Program-made: the position numbers and the translations under genes
Part shown: positions 62,134-64,000 of the stretch, in pieces
How the letters are laid out: every line of letters starts with the position of its first letter
Numbering within the stretch: the first letter of the stretch is position 1
From: Alphaproteobacteria bacterium
Lineage (GTDB): Bacteria; Pseudomonadota; Alphaproteobacteria; JAAXGF01
Direction of reading: 5' to 3'
Assembly: GCA_963555825.3 (NCBI GenBank)
Contig: CAUVXB020000002.1
Coordinates: 96,001-160,000, forward strand
Length of the DNA: 64,000 nt
Notes under the pieces: model-generated
The model's input: the letters and a program-made list of their open reading frames with translations, nothing else
The model's database searches: none
Told to the model about the DNA's origin: nothing

Positions 62134-63223
62134 CTCTCGATGAATGGCATCGACATCCTGAGCTGGCTGGACACGTGGCTCGCAGCGTGCGCGGAGAACG
62201 ATCGCAAACCACCGGACGACCTGTCGCCGTGGCTGCCATGGTCGATGAGCGAGGAGCGCAGGCGCGAACTCATGGCGCCGGCGTGACCGGCGCGATCGAG
62301 TGCCGTTATTACGGCCGCGACTTCACCGCCGGGGAAATGGCGCTGCTGCGCGCGCTGATCGCCGGGCCGCCGCCGTTGAACCGCCATATGCTGTCGAAGG
62401 AGTTCTGCCGGCGCATCGGCTGGTTCAAGCCCGACGGCGGCCTCAAGGACATGATGGCCAGGGTCGCCATGCTGGCCATGCACAGGGACGGCCTGATCGC
62501 CCTGCCGGCGCCGCAGGGACGGCAGAACCGGCCCGGGCGATCGTCTTCGGGCCGGACACCGAAGCGCCGCTGTTCCCGGCCCCGACGACCCTCGACGAGG
62601 TCCGTCCGCTCGACCTGCGCCCCGTCGTGCGCGGCACCCGGGAGAGCAAGCTCTGGAACGAGTTCGTCGCCCGCTACCACTATCTCGGATACAAGACCCT
62701 GGTCGGCGCCCAGATGCGCTACGCCGTCCACGACCGCGACGGCTGGCCGCTCGCCATGCTCGGCTTCTCCACCGCCGCGTGGAAGCTCGCCCCGCGCGAC
62801 AACTTCATCGGATGGACACGGCAGACTGCGCGAGAAGAACCTTCCCTTCGTGGTCGACAACCCGAGATTCCTGATCCTGCCCTGGATCAATATCCCCAAC
62901 CTGGGTTCGCACATCCTGGCCATCATCCGCCGGCGCCTGCCCGATGACTGGACCGAGCGCTACAACACCACGCCCGTGCTCATCGAGACCTTCGTCGAGA
63001 CCCCGCGCTACACCGGCGCCGTTTACAGGGCCTCCGGCTGGACCCGCGTCGGGACCACCCAGGGGCGCGGGCGCTACGACCGGGACAGGCAGTCCGACAA
63101 GCCTAAAAAGGATGTCTGGCTCCGGCCCCTGCGACGGGATTGGAAACGCACCCTCAATCGCTAAAATCGGCCGGGGCGAATGGAAACGCCCGCGCTGATT
63201 CCACGGCCTGAACGAACGCTTAC
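62134..63223 (+). mobile_element. Right part of IS66-family element with passenger gene
   Basis: TnpC C-terminus (NGIDILSWL..PWLPW) then DUF4338 gene; terminal CCTGAACGAACGCTTAC (reverse complement GTAAGCG, IS66-type end). Confidence 0.65.
62283..63164 (+). CDS. DUF4338/DruA-like protein (2 frameshifts)
   Basis: GTGA coupling; WNEFVARYHYLGY, RDNFIGW, NPRFLILPW..NLGSH, ETFV..G.VYRASGW..VG.TQGRG. Confidence 0.8.
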   Translation: MTGAIECRYYGRDFTAGEMALLRALIAGPPPLNRHMLSKEFCRRIGWFKPDGGLKDMMARVAMLAMHRDGLIALPAPQGRQNRPGRSSSGRTPKRRCSRPRRPSTRSVRSTCAPSCAAPGRASSGTSSSPATTISDTRPWSAPRCATPSTTATAGRSPCSASPPPRGSSPRATTSSDGHGRLREKNLPFVVDNPRFLILPWINIPNLGSHILAIIRRRLPDDWTERYNTTPVLIETFVETPRYTGAVYRASGWTRVGTTQGRGRYDRDRQSDKPKKDVWLRPLRRDWKRTLNR

Positions 63224-63351
63224 GCCTCCCCCATACCCGCATACCGGTCCAACCGAACCTTTACCTTTCACCCTGCGTCAGACTGCGCACAACTTGGAAA
63301 CAAAACGGTGCCTATCGTTTACCTGGGCAAAACTTGGTTCGAATGCCACGG

Positions 63352-63390
63352 AAAAGAAAATCCCCGCCATCTTATTGGATTAGCGGGTTT
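63352..63390 (-). terminator. Likely intrinsic terminator after tRNA-fMet
   Basis: CCCGCTA..TGGCGGG hairpin followed by ATTTTCTTTT on the minus strand. Confidence 0.5.
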
Positions 63391-63394
63391 TATT

Positions 63395-63471
<77 letters not shown>

Positions 63472-63584
63472 GCATTGATCATGGGTGCCCGATGAGACGG
63501 GCGATCGTGAAGAGATTGACGGTGGGCGTCATGCGCCCACGCAATTTAATGATTTCCGCGCGTGTCCTGTCCGACCTTCGAAGA

Positions 63585-63699
63585 CCTGGCGGCGACCTAC
63601 TCTCCCACGCCTTAAGACGCAGTACCATCGGCGCTGAGGGTTTTCACGGCCGAGTTCGGGATGGGATCGGGTGCGGGCCCCTCGCCATAACCACCAGGT
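63585..63699 (-). rRNA. rrf: 5S rRNA
   Basis: CCTGGTGG..CCCGATCCCATCCCGAAC..GATGGTACT..GGGAGAGTAGGTCGCCGCCAGG. Confidence 0.96.
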
Positions 63700-63803
63700 C
63701 GTCGAAGGACGGACCGGGATCGGGGAAACCATTAGATTGACGGGAACGAGTGCCTTTGCCGTAGGCGCCGCGCGTTTTGGACTGCGCACGGGACACTAAA
63801 GCA

Positions 63804-64000
<197 letters not shown>

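Overview
GC-rich alphaproteobacterial DNA, judged from the initiator tRNA with an A29-U41 anticodon-stem pair and the 23S-5S-tRNA-fMet order. Almost the whole window is an accessory island lying off the 3' end of an rRNA operon. (1) 1-19.7 kb: one translationally coupled minus-strand operon joins an IncI/Bfp-like type IVb pilus (pilN,O,P,Q,R,S,V,V,U) to Dot/Icm-type T4BSS genes (dotD, dotC, dotB, icmT), TcpQ-like genes and a DsbC-like gene. It is headed by a double-Cro/RdfS fusion facing a CI-like S24 repressor across overlapping, apparently leaderless promoters. (2) 19.7-26 kb: nested IS3/IS110/IS21, a truncated FseA-like activator and HU. The IS110 has readable bridge-RNA guide sequences. 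(3) 26-58 kb: two near-identical copies, 19,300 bp apart, of a GAF-PAS-HK-REC-wHTH regulator with its upstream DNA. Each copy lies head-to-head with a different giant exported repeat protein: a 3342-aa autotransporter, and a 9-repeat T1SS substrate with its ABC/HlyD/TolC exporter. Gene debris lies between the copies. (4) 58-64 kb: truncated dcyD-like gene, intact IS21, IS66 end carrying DUF4338/DruA, tRNA-fMet, 5S and the 23S 3' end. Many genes carry frameshifts, from decay or assembly error. All family assignments come from motif recognition by eye; no database search was run.
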